Source of the DNA: Malacoraja senta
Taxonomy: Eukaryota
Length of the DNA: 64,000 bases
NCBI GenBank assembly: GCA_038087875.1
Contig: CM075979.1
Span: 81,592,001 to 81,656,000 of the forward strand
Reading direction: 5' to 3'
Numbering within the stretch: the first letter of the stretch is position 1; every line of letters begins with the position of its first letter. Positions 35,586 to 47,990 of this stretch are shown one piece after another. Under the pieces are notes generated by a model, which worked only from the letters and a program-made list of their open reading frames with translations, was not told the DNA's origin and ran no database searches. The position numbers were made by a program, and so were the translations under genes.

Positions 35586-36324
35586 TACTTGGAATATGAA
35601 AGCCGGACCATCCAAAGGAAACCCACACCATCACTGGGAGAATGTTCAAACTCCATACAGACAGCATCCGTGGTCAGCATGGAACCCAGATCATGATACA
35701 GCAGATGTGAAACAGCAGCAGTGGCTGGAGATCAACACACAAGCCTATAATTCCAAGAGGACAGTAATATTTGATGTCAGAAATTAGAACAATTCCAGTC
35801 AAAGGCAATTTAATGAATTGCTCCCAGTTACATTGGATTAAATGTTGCCTCCCCGGAATAGTTCATGTACAGTATCTGCTGCAGAACCTAAATAGAGTTT
35901 AGATTCAGATTAGTTTATTGTCATGAAGCAGGGGTCCAAAGGAATTCTTTATTCTCATGAGGCTCAGAGAGTACACAATGTACGTGGTCACTATAGCCAC
36001 AATAAATACAAAGACAAATGCAAGGCAGCAGAATGATGCAATTTGTTGTTCAATCTGAAGTAGTGAAAATAATATTAAAGTGCAATTGCAGGAGAACTGA
36101 CTGTGGTGGAGATAAGAGTAAGCATCTGTGGCCACACCTCCAGGAAGGGTGTGTGAAAGGGATGATTGGTTCAGGAGTGGGACAGTGGTGGAGAAAAGGT
36201 GTGGATACCTGGGCTTTCAGACTCCTGTACCTTCTCCCAGAAGGTAAGAGAGGGAAAGGTTAAGAGCCAGGATGGCAGCATCCTTGACAATACTTTCAGC
36301 CTTTCTGATGCAATATGGCACGTT

Positions 36325-36635
36325 GGTGGCATGGTGGCGCAGCAGTAGAGTTGCTGCCCTACAACCCTTATAGCGCCAGAGACCCGGGTTCGATCCCGAC
36401 TACAGGTGCTGTGTGTATGGAGTTTGTACGTTCTCTCCGTGGCCGCGTGGGTTTTCTCCGAGATATTCGGTTTCCTCCCACACTCCAACGACGTACAGGT
36501 TTGTAGGTTAATTGGCTTGGTATAAATGTAAAATTGTCCCTAATGTGTGTAGGATAGTGTTAATGTGCGGGGATCACTGGTCAGCGCGGACTCAGTGGGC
36601 CAAAGGGCTTGTTTACGCGCTGTATCTCTAAAATA
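36325..36635 (+). mobile_element. V-type SINE
   Basis: A/B boxes and core. Confidence 0.86.
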
Positions 36636-36729
36636 AATGTACAGTTAAGATAGTCTGGATGGAAGGAAGTGACGAGCTCATGATGGACTGGACAGGTTCT
36701 ATAACAGCACTTAAAAGATACTCGGACAA

Positions 36730-37165
36730 GTTTTCAAGAGAGAGTTACATATAGCTCTTAGAGTTAATGGAATCAAGGGATATGGGGAAAATGCGGGAAC
36801 AAGGTACTGATTTTGGATGGTAGACAAAAATGCTGGAGAAACTCAGCGGATGAGGCAGCATCTATAGAGCGAAGGAAATAGGCAACTTTTCGGGTCGAGA
36901 CCCTTCTTCAGACCTACAATCAGTCTTCTTCAGTCTGAAGAAGGGTCTCGACCTGAAACGTTGCCTATTTCCTTCGCTCCTTAGATGCTGCCTCACCTGC
37001 TGAGTTTCTCTAGCATTTTTGTCTACCTTCGATTTTCCAGTATCTGGGGTTCCTTCTTAAACATACTGATTTTGGATGATCAGCCATGATCATATTGAAT
37101 GCTGGTGCTGGCTCGATGGGCCGAATGGTCTACTCCTGCAACCTATTTTCTATGTTTCTATGTAA
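36730..37165 (+). mobile_element. CR1 3' end interrupted by a PLE palindrome
   Basis: CR1 UTR resumes at 37064. Confidence 0.78.
36820..37063. mobile_element. Palindromic Penelope-derived element with two divergent hammerhead motifs
   Basis: 94-bp inverted arms 36820-36913 and 36933-37026; perfect 15-bp TSD TACTGATTTTGGATG (36805-36819 and 37064-37078). Confidence 0.85.
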
Positions 37166-37204
37166 GTAGAAACATAGAAAATATGGTCCGAGAACAATGG
37201 TGCC

Positions 37205-37828
37205 TGGTCCGAGAACAATGATGCCATTATTAAGAAAGCACATCAGCGCCTCTACTTCCTGAGAAGATTACGGAGAGTCGGTTTGTCAAGGAGGACTCTC
37301 TCTAACTTCTACAGGTGCACAGTAGAGAGCATGCTGACCGGTTGCATCGTGGCTTGGTTCGGCAACTTGAGTGCCCTGGAGAGGAAAAGACTACAAAAAG
37401 TAGTAAACACTGCCCAGTCCATCATTGGCTCTGACCTCCCTTCCATCGAGGGGATCTACCACAGTCGCTGCCTCAAAAAGGCTGGCAGCATCATCAAGGA
37501 CCCACACCATCCTGGCCACACACTCATCTCCCTACTACCTTCAGGTAGAAGGTACAGGAGCCTGAAGACTGCAACGACCAGGTTCAGGAACAGCTACTTC
37601 CCCACAGGCATCAGGCTATTAAACCTGGCTCGGACATAACACTGAACTTTACTAGCCAATACTGTTATTTGCACTTTATCAGTATATTGACCATTGTGTA
37701 TATATTTATAGAATGCCTTGTAGTAAATGCCTACTATGATCTGTTGTGCTCAAGCAAAGCAAGAATTTCATTGTCCTACCAGGGACACATGACAATAAAC
37801 TCACTTGACTTGACTTGACTTGACTTGA
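37205..37828 (+). mobile_element. Rex1/Babar-type LINE 3' fragment
   Basis: KKAHQRLYFLRRLRR..LSNFYRCTVESMLTGCIVAWFG...LLPSGRRYRS; (ACTTG)n tail. Confidence 0.9.
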
Positions 37829-38245
37829 AGTACATGGATAGGAAAAGTTTAAAGGGATATGGGCCAAACCAAGGTAAATGTGACTAGCTTAGATGGGGCA
37901 ACTTGGTCGGCATGGGTCAAAGGGCTTCCGTGCTGAATGACTGTATGTGTTTTCTCCCTCTGAACTCCAAATAGAGAAAACTCCAGTGTACATCAAGTGT
38001 TGGAGGAACACTTTCAAACATGTTTCTGAAATGCATTGAAAGGAATCAGCACTTTTGAAAGCATTTTTCCAATCACCTTCTCAGATTTCTTAAACAGCTT
38101 TTGCAAAAGCTTTGCATCAAGTTAATTTAAAAGAAGAAACAGTTGGGGGCTAGAAAGTCAGCTTCCATTAAATGCACCAATGTGTGTGTGGTAGCTGCCT
38201 TCTGCAGTTTGGAGCCATTAAACTGAATAGTTGGATATGCCATTG

Positions 38246-38512
38246 AGGCACGGCAGTAGAGTTGCTGCCTTACAGCACCAGAGACCCGGGTTCGATCCTG
38301 ACAACGGGAGATGTCTGTGCTAAGTTTGTACATTCTCCCCGTGACCGCCTGGGCTTTCTCCAGGTGCTCCAGTTTCGTCCCACATTCCAAAGACATACAG
38401 GTTTGTGGATTAATTGGTTTTGGTAAGAATTGTAAATTGTCCCTCGTGTATAATGGACTCGGTGGGACGAAGACCTGTTTCTGCACTGTATCTCTAAACT
38501 AAAACTAAAACT
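38246..38512 (+). mobile_element. V-type SINE (internal deletion)
   Basis: SINE consensus match. Confidence 0.82.
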
Positions 38513-38950
38513 ATAAAAAAGTCAATAAGATGGAACCTAGTGGACCTTGGCTGGGCCTTCTGGTAATGTGCTCTTCATGCTAGTTCTGTAGCTGTGTCAA
38601 TGTTTTATAGCCACAATGCTCCCGGCAATGTTAAGGCCACACCACAGTGGACCTTGTGGAAAGATTGCAAATGGCAAATAGGCCTCAGGTTGTGTAAACT
38701 GGAGCCAAACTCAGGGCCTTCTGAAAGCTTGTTCTCTGAAAGGCCTTTTCACTGTTCCAAATATCTGCCATAATCAGAGGCACGTGGAAACTATTGAAAA
38801 ATCCAAATAATTTCAAAATCGTAGTACGAATAAAATAGCACAATCGGTTTGCTTAAAAACAAAATTAACTGATGTAAATTAACGTGAATAAAAGCAGATT
38901 ATTAACCTTCATTTACCTTTACAATGGAAGTTAGCAGATCTGGCATATCC

Positions 38951-39085
38951 AGGTCTGAAGAAGGGTCCCAACCCAAAACATCACCAATCCTTTTTCTCCA
39001 GAGATGCAACCTGACCCGCTGAATTACTCCAGCACTTTGTGTCTATCTTCGGTGTAAATCAGCATCTACAGTTCCTTCCCACACA
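38951..39085 (+). mobile_element. Penelope-like terminal repeat
   Basis: GTCTGAAGAAGGGTCCCAACCCAAAAC...CAGCATCTACAGTTCC. Confidence 0.7.
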
Positions 39086-39544
39086 TACACAGTACAGCTG
39101 TTACCAAATGCCCCTAACTATCTGGGCCCTCATCCAACCTCCAAAATATTCAGAGGCCTCCTTGCATAGGCTTAATGCACCGACATACTTGCTGGCAGAA
39201 CTTTGTGGATCTTCTGGCTCTTATTTTTATTTATTAATTTTGGGGGATCTAGGCATCATTGACAAGTCCAGCATTTATTGTTCATCCTTAATTGCAATTG
39301 AGAGAATAGTTGTGAGCTTCCCTGTCCTTATCGTAAACATATTCCCACAATCACGTTGTGCAGGGAATTCCAGTGTTTCGCCATGGCAACAATGAGGGAT
39401 TAACAATATATTTTCAGGTCAGGATGGTGTGCAATGTGGAGGGGCATGATCTTGCCTATTGAAACCAACTTTGTGAAGGATAGTACAATATAGAGAAAGA
39501 TATTCCTGCGTGCACCACTTCATACCTATCCCTGCATAAAGCGG

Positions 39545-39860
39545 TTTAGTTTAGTTTGGTTTAGTTCCGTTTAGTTTAGTTGTTTAGTTTTGTTTAGTTT
39601 AGCTTATTGTCACGTTTACCGAGATACAGTGAAAAGCTTTTGTTGCGTGCTCACCTATCAGCGGAAAGACAATACATGATTACATGATTACAATCGAGCC
39701 ATCCACCTTGTACATATACATGATAAAAGGAATAATGTGTATAATGTTTGGTGCAAGATAAAGTCCAGTCCAAACAAAGATTGTCTGAGAGTCTCCAATG
39801 AGGTAGACAGTAGCTCACGAGTGCTCTCTAGTTGTTGGTAGGGTGGTTCAGCTGCCTGAT
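39545..39860 (-). mobile_element. Rex1-type LINE 3' UTR with (TTTAG)n tail
   Basis: Homologous to 47750-47990. Confidence 0.72.
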
Positions 39861-40066
39861 ATGTTGATATTACAAGTGGAAAATGGACCATAGAAATACT
39901 TAGAATATACTTAGAACAGTATAGCATAAGAAAAGGCCCTTCAGCCCATAATGTCTGTGTGGACCATGATGCCGAGACCAACTCAGTTTATACTGCCTGA
40001 CCCAAATCTTAAAAGTCTCTATTTCCCTTTCCTTGCAATGTAGCAATGCCTTTCAACTGTTTCGAT

Positions 40067-40406
40067 ATCAATTATCCATCAGGCGAGAATGAAATGCTCG
40101 GAGAAGGAGAAAGAGGTGCAGCGCACAGGCCTTGAACCTGGTGAGACGCAGGAGGAGCCCGGCCGGGATTCACCCCACAGAGCCCAGTCCCTCCACGCAC
40201 TAAAGTCTCCCAACCCCTGCAGAGTAGTTATTAAGATGGCTGATCCGTGGGCGGTTGCTGTTGGGACGCAAGTCGGGGCTTGTTGCCTGGGCGAGGGTGT
40301 CTGATGTTGTGAGGCCCGAAACACCTGATGAACCCAGGTCACAGCACTGAGTATGCGTCCCAGCGCATCTAGAAGATGTATATTTTTCACACTCACATAC
40401 TTTACT
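40067..40406 (+). mobile_element. Internally deleted HERO-clade (R2 superfamily) element
   Basis: N-terminal IHQARMKC..QRTG.EPGETQEEPG..SPHRAQSL fused to C-terminal IK.ADPWAVAVGTQVGA and 3' UTR GGGCGAGGGTGTCTGATG..CCCGAAACACC (recognised from memory of fish HERO elements); candidate TSD TTT.AACTGTTTC.AT. Confidence 0.65.
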
Positions 40407-40796
40407 TTTGAACTGTTTCAATGAAATAAATCTTTGGTTTCAACTCCCCTCATCACCCCCTCCCATCCCCACACAATGTACTCTCCTCCCAATATCTGGT
40501 CCCATCAATGTCAATGAAGTACAAGAAGGCACTGAAGGACATCACCAACCTACTCGATGTCGGTCGACTCCAAAGTGAAATCCCAGTTCTCTTCAGGTTG
40601 CCCTAAGAGCCAACCCTTTTTTTCAAACTTATCACTGAACATATGTCCGTAGTATTCATGCCATGGCTGCTAACTGTGCAAGCCAGCCTGGCATATAAAT
40701 AGAAGCAGGGAAGCTCGACTTGTGGATGGGTTGAATGATCCTTCCCATTTTTTTTCTCCTTTATAATCATTCAAACCAATGTTTAAATGGGTAGAG

Positions 40797-41000
40797 CCAT
40801 AGAGTCATAGAGCGATACAGCGGAGAAACAGGCCCTTCAGCCCAAATTGCCCACACCGTCCCACCTACACTAGTCCCACCTGCCTGCGTTTGGCCCATAT
40901 CCCTCCAAACCTGCCCTATCCATGACCTGTCTAAATGGTTCTTAAATGTTGGGATTGTCCGTGTCTGAACTAGCTCCTCTGGCAGCTTGTTCCATACACA
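40797..41000 (-). mobile_element. CR1 3' fragment
   Basis: CR1 3' UTR reverse complement. Confidence 0.78.
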
Positions 41001-41106
41001 AGCTGGACAGTTGCTGAATGATCTGTGAGAACCTCATGGTGAGCACCCTGCTAATGAGTCATACAGTTATTATTGGACAAACTCCAAATATTGCTTTAAG
41101 TTGGGA

Positions 41107-41421
41107 TTTAGTTTAGTTTAGTTTGGAGATATACAGCGTGGAAACAGGCCCTTCGGGCCACTGAGTCTGCGCTGACCAGCGATCCACGCACAGTAACACT
41201 ATGCTATACATACAAGGGACCATTTACCATTATACCAAGCCAATTAACCTACAAACCTGTATGTCTTTGGAGTGTGGGAGCGAACCGGAGATTCCGGAGA
41301 AAACTCATGCAGTCACAGTGGGAACATACAAACTCCATACAGACAAGCATCTATAGTCAGGATTGAACCTAGTCTTTGGCGCTGTAATGCAGCAACACTA
41401 TCATTGCAAACCATGCCGCCC
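41107..41421 (-). mobile_element. V-type SINE
   Basis: SINE consensus match. Confidence 0.83.
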
Positions 41422-41451
41422 AGGGTTCCTAAACTAGACAACAGGAAGTGC

Positions 41452-41680
41452 TAGACTCAAAGTGCTGGAGTAACTTGGCGGGTCAGGCAGCATCTCTGGA
41501 GAAAAAGGATGGGTGATGTTTCGGGTCGGAACCCTTCTTCGGGCTGGGTGTGAAGAAGGGTTCCGACCCAAAATATCACCCATCCTTTTACTCCAGAGAT
41601 GCTGCCTGACCCACCAAGTTACTCCAGCACTTTGTGTCTATCTTTGGTATATACCAGCATCTGCAGTTCCTTCCTACACA
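41452..41680. mobile_element. Palindromic Penelope-derived element
   Basis: Inverted terminal-repeat arms; imperfect TSD AGGAAGTGCTA/AGGAAATGCTA. Confidence 0.75.
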
Positions 41681-42669
41681 AGAGGAAATGCTACCTTTGG
41701 GAAGATTGTGTGCTCCCCGTTAAAGATCAATAAACACTTCCCTGTGCAGATTTCCTTGTAGTTTTGTTTCTTGACAGGTTGATGTTCATGTAGATACCTT
41801 GCAGGCAAAAAAGGAAACTGACTTAATTCCATAGAGCATATTTGTGGGAACAACTTTTTATTGAGATTGCAACAGTTGCTGGCACAAAGTGCTGGAGTAA
41901 CCCTGCAATGGCAATTTCTAACTTTTTCAGTGTCCTCTTTTCCGTTGCCATTACTACACAGGTAAGTAGGAGTGATCTTACGCAGACCAGATCTTCCAGT
42001 CGTTATTTCCAGGTTCTTTATTGAAGTAGTTGTACAAACAAAGAGATGAACATACCAGGTTCTCCTTATTTTCATCAAGTTGTAGCTTTCTGTTTTCCAC
42101 GGTCTGGTGAGAACTGTGTACTCTCCGCCTCCTGTGCCTGGTCTGAATCACTCCCTGTCCCCTAAGCCCCTATGTTACGCCCCTCAATGCATCAAATGTC
42201 CGCCTCCAAGTGTCCAAAAATAATACTGCCCGAAATATCTAGACAAAATAATATAATATGCCAACAGTAGCTAACCTAAACATAAATGGCTCCTACAAAT
42301 CCAAAAGGTCAGGTCAGGTAGCATCTCTGGAGAACATGGATTGATGTTTTGGGTTGAGACCCTTCTACAGACAAATAAAAAGTAAATTATAAACCAGCAT
42401 CTGTAGTTCCTTGTATCCCCATTTTACAACAGTCACTCTGTGTTTTTTACAGTTAAGCACATTCAACAGTGATAAAAAGAATGTTCCATTGCTAGGATAG
42501 CAGAAAAAAATTGTGAGGAGCAGTATAACTAATATAAAACAAAGGATACAAATATTTCTCAATACTGTTTGTCGGTCTTGAACTATCCAACATTTCATCA
42601 CACCTCACGATGTTTAGACATAATTTTTTTTTGCAATAAATTCAGACTTACACACAAAGCCTGAAATTC

Positions 42670-42905
42670 TTTGTTTCACACAAAGGGTGGTGGGTGTATG
42701 GAACGAGCTGCTGTGGGAGGTAGTTGAGGCAGGGACTAGCGCAATGTTTAAGAAGCAATTAGACAGGTACATGGATAGGACAGGTTTAGAGGGATATTGG
42801 CCAAACGCAGGGAAGTGGGACTAGTGTAGATGGGACATGTTGGCCGATGTGGGCAAGTTGGGCCAAAAGACTTGTTTCCATGCTGTATCACTCTATGACT
42901 TTATA
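42670..42905 (+). mobile_element. CR1 3' fragment
   Basis: FTQRVVGVWNEL plus UTR. Confidence 0.8.
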
Positions 42906-44929
42906 ATTCATGACTTTAAATTACACACAAAATTTAATTGTTGTTAAGTTTCACTGTTATCTTCTTTTAAGTATTACTAACCCATGTTTAACTTCCAGAT
43001 TGTTTTTTAAAATTAGTGGAATGCAACCATTGCATTAAATAGGAAGCAACATGAAGAGGGAAGTTAATATGATTCAATGATACTTTATTGCTGCATGCAC
43101 CTAGGTATAGTGAAATTCATTGTTTCTGCATCCAATCTAGTAACATCATACAGCAGACTTCAGCTAGGCAGTACACAAAGAGTCATCACGTTTCTAGCAC
43201 CGATAACGTTTCAAAGGTTCTTAGTACAGTCTTATCTTCTATGAACTTATAATCAGAATGAAAATAAAATATAAATGGAAAATCAAGAAATGATGTATTA
43301 AAATAAAGAATGGTGGTACATTGCAAGTTGTCAATATGTGGAAAAGGAAGACACAAGGAACTGCAGATGCTGGAATCGTGCGTAGAACACAAAGTGCTGG
43401 AGTAACTCAGCGGGTAAGGCAGCTGGTCTGGAGGACATAGATAGGTGATGTTTCAGTTCAGAAGAGGAAGGGGTTAAATTTAGTCTCAAGTAAAGCATAT
43501 CATTTCTCTTTTAAATTCAACCTATTTGCCTCCTATTCTTTGTTGACATAACATACATTAATTCCCTGCCATTATATTTTCAGTGGAAATAATTTTACCA
43601 GGTTAAAGCACTAAAAGGATTCCTTTATTAAAATTTTAGTTGCTTACATTTGTATTAATGGTGCTTGAATATATTTGATTGTTGGGTTCATTTTTAAGAG
43701 GAGTGTCAATAAATCCAGTGCCTCCAGAATTCAATATTGTTGCTATTATTATTCTCCAGTAATAATGGTTACAAGGGTTAGAGTCAGAACAAAGTAAAAC
43801 CCCTGGAGAAACACAATGAAACAGATAACAGCTATAGGTGTAGAATAATCTGAATGAAGGAGAGACTTTAATAGTTCGTGACTGCCGATCTAGATTTTGG
43901 TGGATGAGCCTCAGCCAAACACACTATGTGATTATTCAGGGCAGTATGAGAGTAACTTAGACCCCGAGTAACTTCAGCCACACTTCCAGAAGCTCCGTTA
44001 TTCAACCCTGTTGGGAGAGGACTTAATCAATGACAAAACATTGTATGCAGCAGGTCACAGATGACTTGCTCGAGAGGATACACTTACTTCAGCAGAATGC
44101 AAAAATAATGATTGCAAGTTCTTAATCAATTTATGCTGGTCCACCAAAGATAGTGAGTTCAAATGACTCCAGAAAGAATTAGACACTTATCTTCTCTCCA
44201 ATGGCAAACCCAAATTGAAAAGGTTTCAGTGTGAATATCCAACTGGGTCAAAAATGTAATTTAATGCCAATTAGTTTGATCTTACACATGATTCCTTCAT
44301 TTTGCTAATTACCCATGAACTGAATTTTTCAGGCAAATCAAATCCTGTGGGGTTGACTGAAAGCCAATAATGGTGATGATTCTCTACCTAACCCTGGGAA
44401 TCTTTTCAAGCATGGATGTAGCTTGATCAATGCATTCACTGATATTTGTCGTGCCAAGGATCCACTTCAAATCTCATCATATGACGGTTGTCCTCTTTTG
44501 ACCATTAAGAGAAGGCCCATAAAATAAAGAGCGCCTTGTAAAATTGCCATTTAGCACTTCACTGCAGATCTTTATGAGAAGAGGTGAAATGTTCTGACCA
44601 TGGAGACCAATTAACTTGGAAATATGATTGCCAATTATCAGGCCTCTACATCCAGGCAATTTAGGAAATTATAATTATCATCCATATTGCTCCAAAATAA
44701 AAAAAACTTTCGATACATTTCATGCTGAAATCGCACAAAACCTGTTTCTCTCCCCATGTTGTTTCCCAGATGCCTAACTGACCTACTTTCTCTTCATTTG
44801 ACTCAGTGTTACATTTTGGCACTTCAGGTTTTTATGAAATGCCTTGGGATGTTTTTACCAAGGTAAAGTTGCTATGTAAATGCAAAAAGAAGAAGAAGCA
44901 TGTTGGTATTGTGAATAAGAATATGGTGC

Positions 44930-45662
44930 CTTTCACAGTGAATGGTAGGGCCCTAGGGAGTGGTGGAGAGCAGAAGGATCTCGGAGTACATGTACATTGT
45001 TTCCTGAAACTGGCATCACAGCTAGATCGGGAGGTAAAGAGGGCGTTTGGTACATTGGTCTTTTTCAGTCAGGGTTCTTGAGTATAGAAGTTTGGATGTT
45101 ATGTTGCAGTTGTACAAGATGTTGGTGAGGCTGCATTTGGAGTATAGAACTCGGTTTTGGTCACCGTGCTATAGGAAGGATGTCATTAAACTGGAAAGAG
45201 TGCAGAGAAGATTTACAAGGATGTTGCCAGGACTCAAGGGCCTGAGCTATAGGGAGAGATTGGGCAAGGTATGATTTTATTTCTTGGAGCACAGAAAGCG
45301 AAGGTGATCTTATGGAGGTGTATAAATTCATGAAGGTAATTGATGGGGTAAATGCACAGTGTCATTTACCCAGTGTAGACAACATAGGTTTAAGATGAGA
45401 AAGGAAAGATTTAAAAGGATACTAAGGGGCAACATTTTCCCCTCAGAGGGTGGTGGGTATATGGATTGAGCTGCCAGAGGAGGTAGTTGAGGCAGGTACA
45501 AAAACAACATAAAAAAAAAAAATTTGGACAGGTAGATGGATAGGATTTTATTTTAGAGATATGGACCAAATGCGGGCAAATGGGACTGCCTTAGATGGGG
45601 CATCTTGGTTGGTATGTACAAGTTGGCCTGAAGGACCTTTTCCATGTTGTATGACACCATGA
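44930..45662 (+). mobile_element. CR1 3' fragment (older subfamily)
   Basis: FTVNGRALGS..EQKDLGVHVH, LYKMLVRLHLEY, KLERVQRRFTRMLPGL. Confidence 0.85.
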
Positions 45663-46024
45663 TACTAAGATATGCACAAAATTGAAGAAGCAATATAACC
45701 CTGATAATTTAGATAATTGCGCTCAATTTTGCATGCTTTCTGATTGTCAAGGAACCAAGTCTGAAGAATGCTATGCATTAACTATTATCTTATTGGTGAA
45801 AACTATGGATGCATACATTCATGTATTTTTCCTTTTATAGGATGGGCAAGTTATCTTCTGTGCTGCCTCAGTGCTTCAGGACTTCATGACTTGACACAGG
45901 GGGATAACAATTGGAGCTGAAATCTTGCTGGTATGTAGTAGGATGCATTCATACTTGATGCAATTTTGATATTATCAAATTTAGTTGGTTTCATAGTTGG
46001 TCTGATGAGCTTAATCCTTGAGAG

Positions 46025-46200
46025 AGGCACAAGGAACTGCAGATATTGGAATGTTAAGGAATATACAAAGTGCTAGAGGAACTCGGATGGTCAGACAGCA
46101 TCCATGGAGGGAAAAGATAGGCAAAGTCTGAAGAAGGGTCCCGACCTGAAAAGCCACCTTTCCATTCCCTTCAAGGATGCTGCCTGACCTGCTGAGTTAC
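46025..46200. mobile_element. Inverted pair of PLE terminal repeats (degraded)
   Basis: Reverse arm followed by GTCTGAAGAAGGGTCCCGACCTGAAA. Confidence 0.6.
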
Positions 46201-46779
46201 CTTCTGGGATAAATAAAGCTCCATCATATCGTATTGTATTGTTACTCCAGCCCTTTGAGTTGAACTCTTGGTTGCTTGGTAAACAGTACTTGGCCAAACA
46301 TGTGGCCTGTTTGCAGGCTGGTCAATAACTTTGCATTTCATGCTTTATTATGATGTCTCATTGCAAAAGACTAAGTACGTAACATTTCAGTTTGGATAAA
46401 GCCAGAATAGATAGCGATCCACATTTTGAACATGCCAGAATATTGATAGCATCATCTTCACTGTCAGATCGATCTCCAGATCCTACAAGGCTGGTATTTT
46501 AGTGCTTCACTTTTCTGGTGTGGTAATATACAGCGTGTACTTGGTACTCTGTTTTTGCGGTACGGCAATCTGCATCATGTGTAGCTTTGACAGATGTTAG
46601 GTTTGTCAAGCCAGGCTTTACACTCCAATAACGCTAATTCGTGAGCTGCTTACCATGTTGTCGAAGGCAGCATGTGTCATTACGTGCAGGCCAAGAGACA
46701 TACAGTGATCCAGATCACTGTGTCTGCAGCCTCTAGATTTATTTTGGGTGCTGAATCTAATACTGGGACAGCGAGAAAT

Positions 46780-47160
46780 GAGAGAACCAAGGGACTACAC
46801 ATGATATAATCTGTAACATAAGGTAAACTGCTGGATTAACTCAGCAGGTCAAGCAGCATCTGTGGAGATTAAAGAGATGCTTTCATGTTTCGGGGCGAGA
46901 CCCTACATCAGGACTTGGTGGTGGGAGAGAGGAAAGATGGCCTGCATATAGAGGCGTGGAGGAGTGGGATGATAGATGAGCTGGCAGATGATAGGTGGAA
47001 CTGATGAGCGGAAAGGTGGGGTGGGGTGAATGGTGGGCAGGTGGGACCAGGTGGGAGAGGGGAAGAGTGACAGAAAAGGTGAACAAAGGGACTGAGAAAC
47101 TGGTGCGAGTGGGAAAGGAAGACAGGATGTGAGCGACCTGAATTTTGTAATTCAATGTTG
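46780..47160 (-). mobile_element. Degraded Penelope-like 3' end
   Basis: Minus strand pyrimidine-rich UTR, then CCTGATGTAGGGTCTCGCCCCGAAAC. Confidence 0.6.
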
Positions 47161-47569
47161 AAACCTTTGCGGAAGTGGGGCCAGTGATAAGTGGGGCTTT
47201 TTAAACCTTCAATGGTTGATTCGCCTGAAAACTGTGATCTGCACCAGTTAATTACAGTTTGAGCAGCTTCTATTTAGAAACTAAATTCAAGTTTGGAAAT
47301 GGATCTGCAGAGTTAGCGATTGTGGTAAAAGTGATTTGCTGGCACAGTTGGGATGACCTCAGGAGCCTCTCTTTGTGATGTCAAATATTAACAATAGGAG
47401 TTATAACCATAAAGAGTTGATGGGTGATAAATCTATTTCAACATAATGAGGGATAAAGAGATACCCTGAAACAAACAATGTTTTAATGGAAAATAAATGA
47501 ATGCATTTTAATAAATTGCACTCATAAATTGGATGCTTCTGGAACTATTGAGACTGTGAACAATGATCA

Positions 47570-47990
47570 GTCCATTGACTCCATTTACATTTCACGCTGC
47601 ATAATCAAAGATGACTCTCGCCCAGGTCACTCCCTTTTCTCTCATTTCCCATCAGGCAAGAGGTACAGAAGTGTGAAAACACACACCTCCAGGCTCAGGG
47701 ACAGTTTCTTCCAAGCTGTTATCAGGGAACTGAACCATCCTATCAACAACTAGAGAGCAGTCCTGAGCTACTATCTACCTCATTGGAGACCCTCGGACTA
47801 TCTCTAATCGAACCTTACTGGACTTTATCTTGCACTAAACGTTATTCCCTTTATCATGTAGATGGGCACTGTGGGTGACTCGATTGTAATCATGTATTGT
47901 CTTTCTGCCGATTGGTTGGCATGCAACAAAAGCTTTTCACTGTTCCTTGGTACGCGTGACAATAAACTTAACTGAACTAAATTAAAACTA
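47570..47990 (+). mobile_element. Rex1/Babar LINE 3' end
   Basis: SIDSIY.SRC..IIKD...PGHSLFS.FPSGKRYRS..T.TSRLRDSFF plus UTR. Confidence 0.85.

Noticed and set aside
40293-40332. Hammerhead-like CTGATG...CGAAACAC in the HERO 3' UTR
   Set aside because: Core reads CTGATGT rather than CUGANGA, there is no stem II pairing, and no room for stem I between GTC and the core.
41931-42012. 31-nt micro-exon with CAG|GTAAGT, or an LTR end with PBS-like TGGCAACGG on the minus strand
   Set aside because: Branch-like CTAAC is too close to the AG, the implied next intron would be about 50 nt, and no partner LTR or gag was found.
45841-45930. 90-bp segment with good acceptor and donor
   Set aside because: Stops in all three frames and upstream of the CpG island; unsupported without transcript data.
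46702-46721. Palindrome ACAGTGATC-CA-GATCACTGT
   Set aside because: 9-bp arms can occur by chance in 64 kb; too short for a pre-miRNA.
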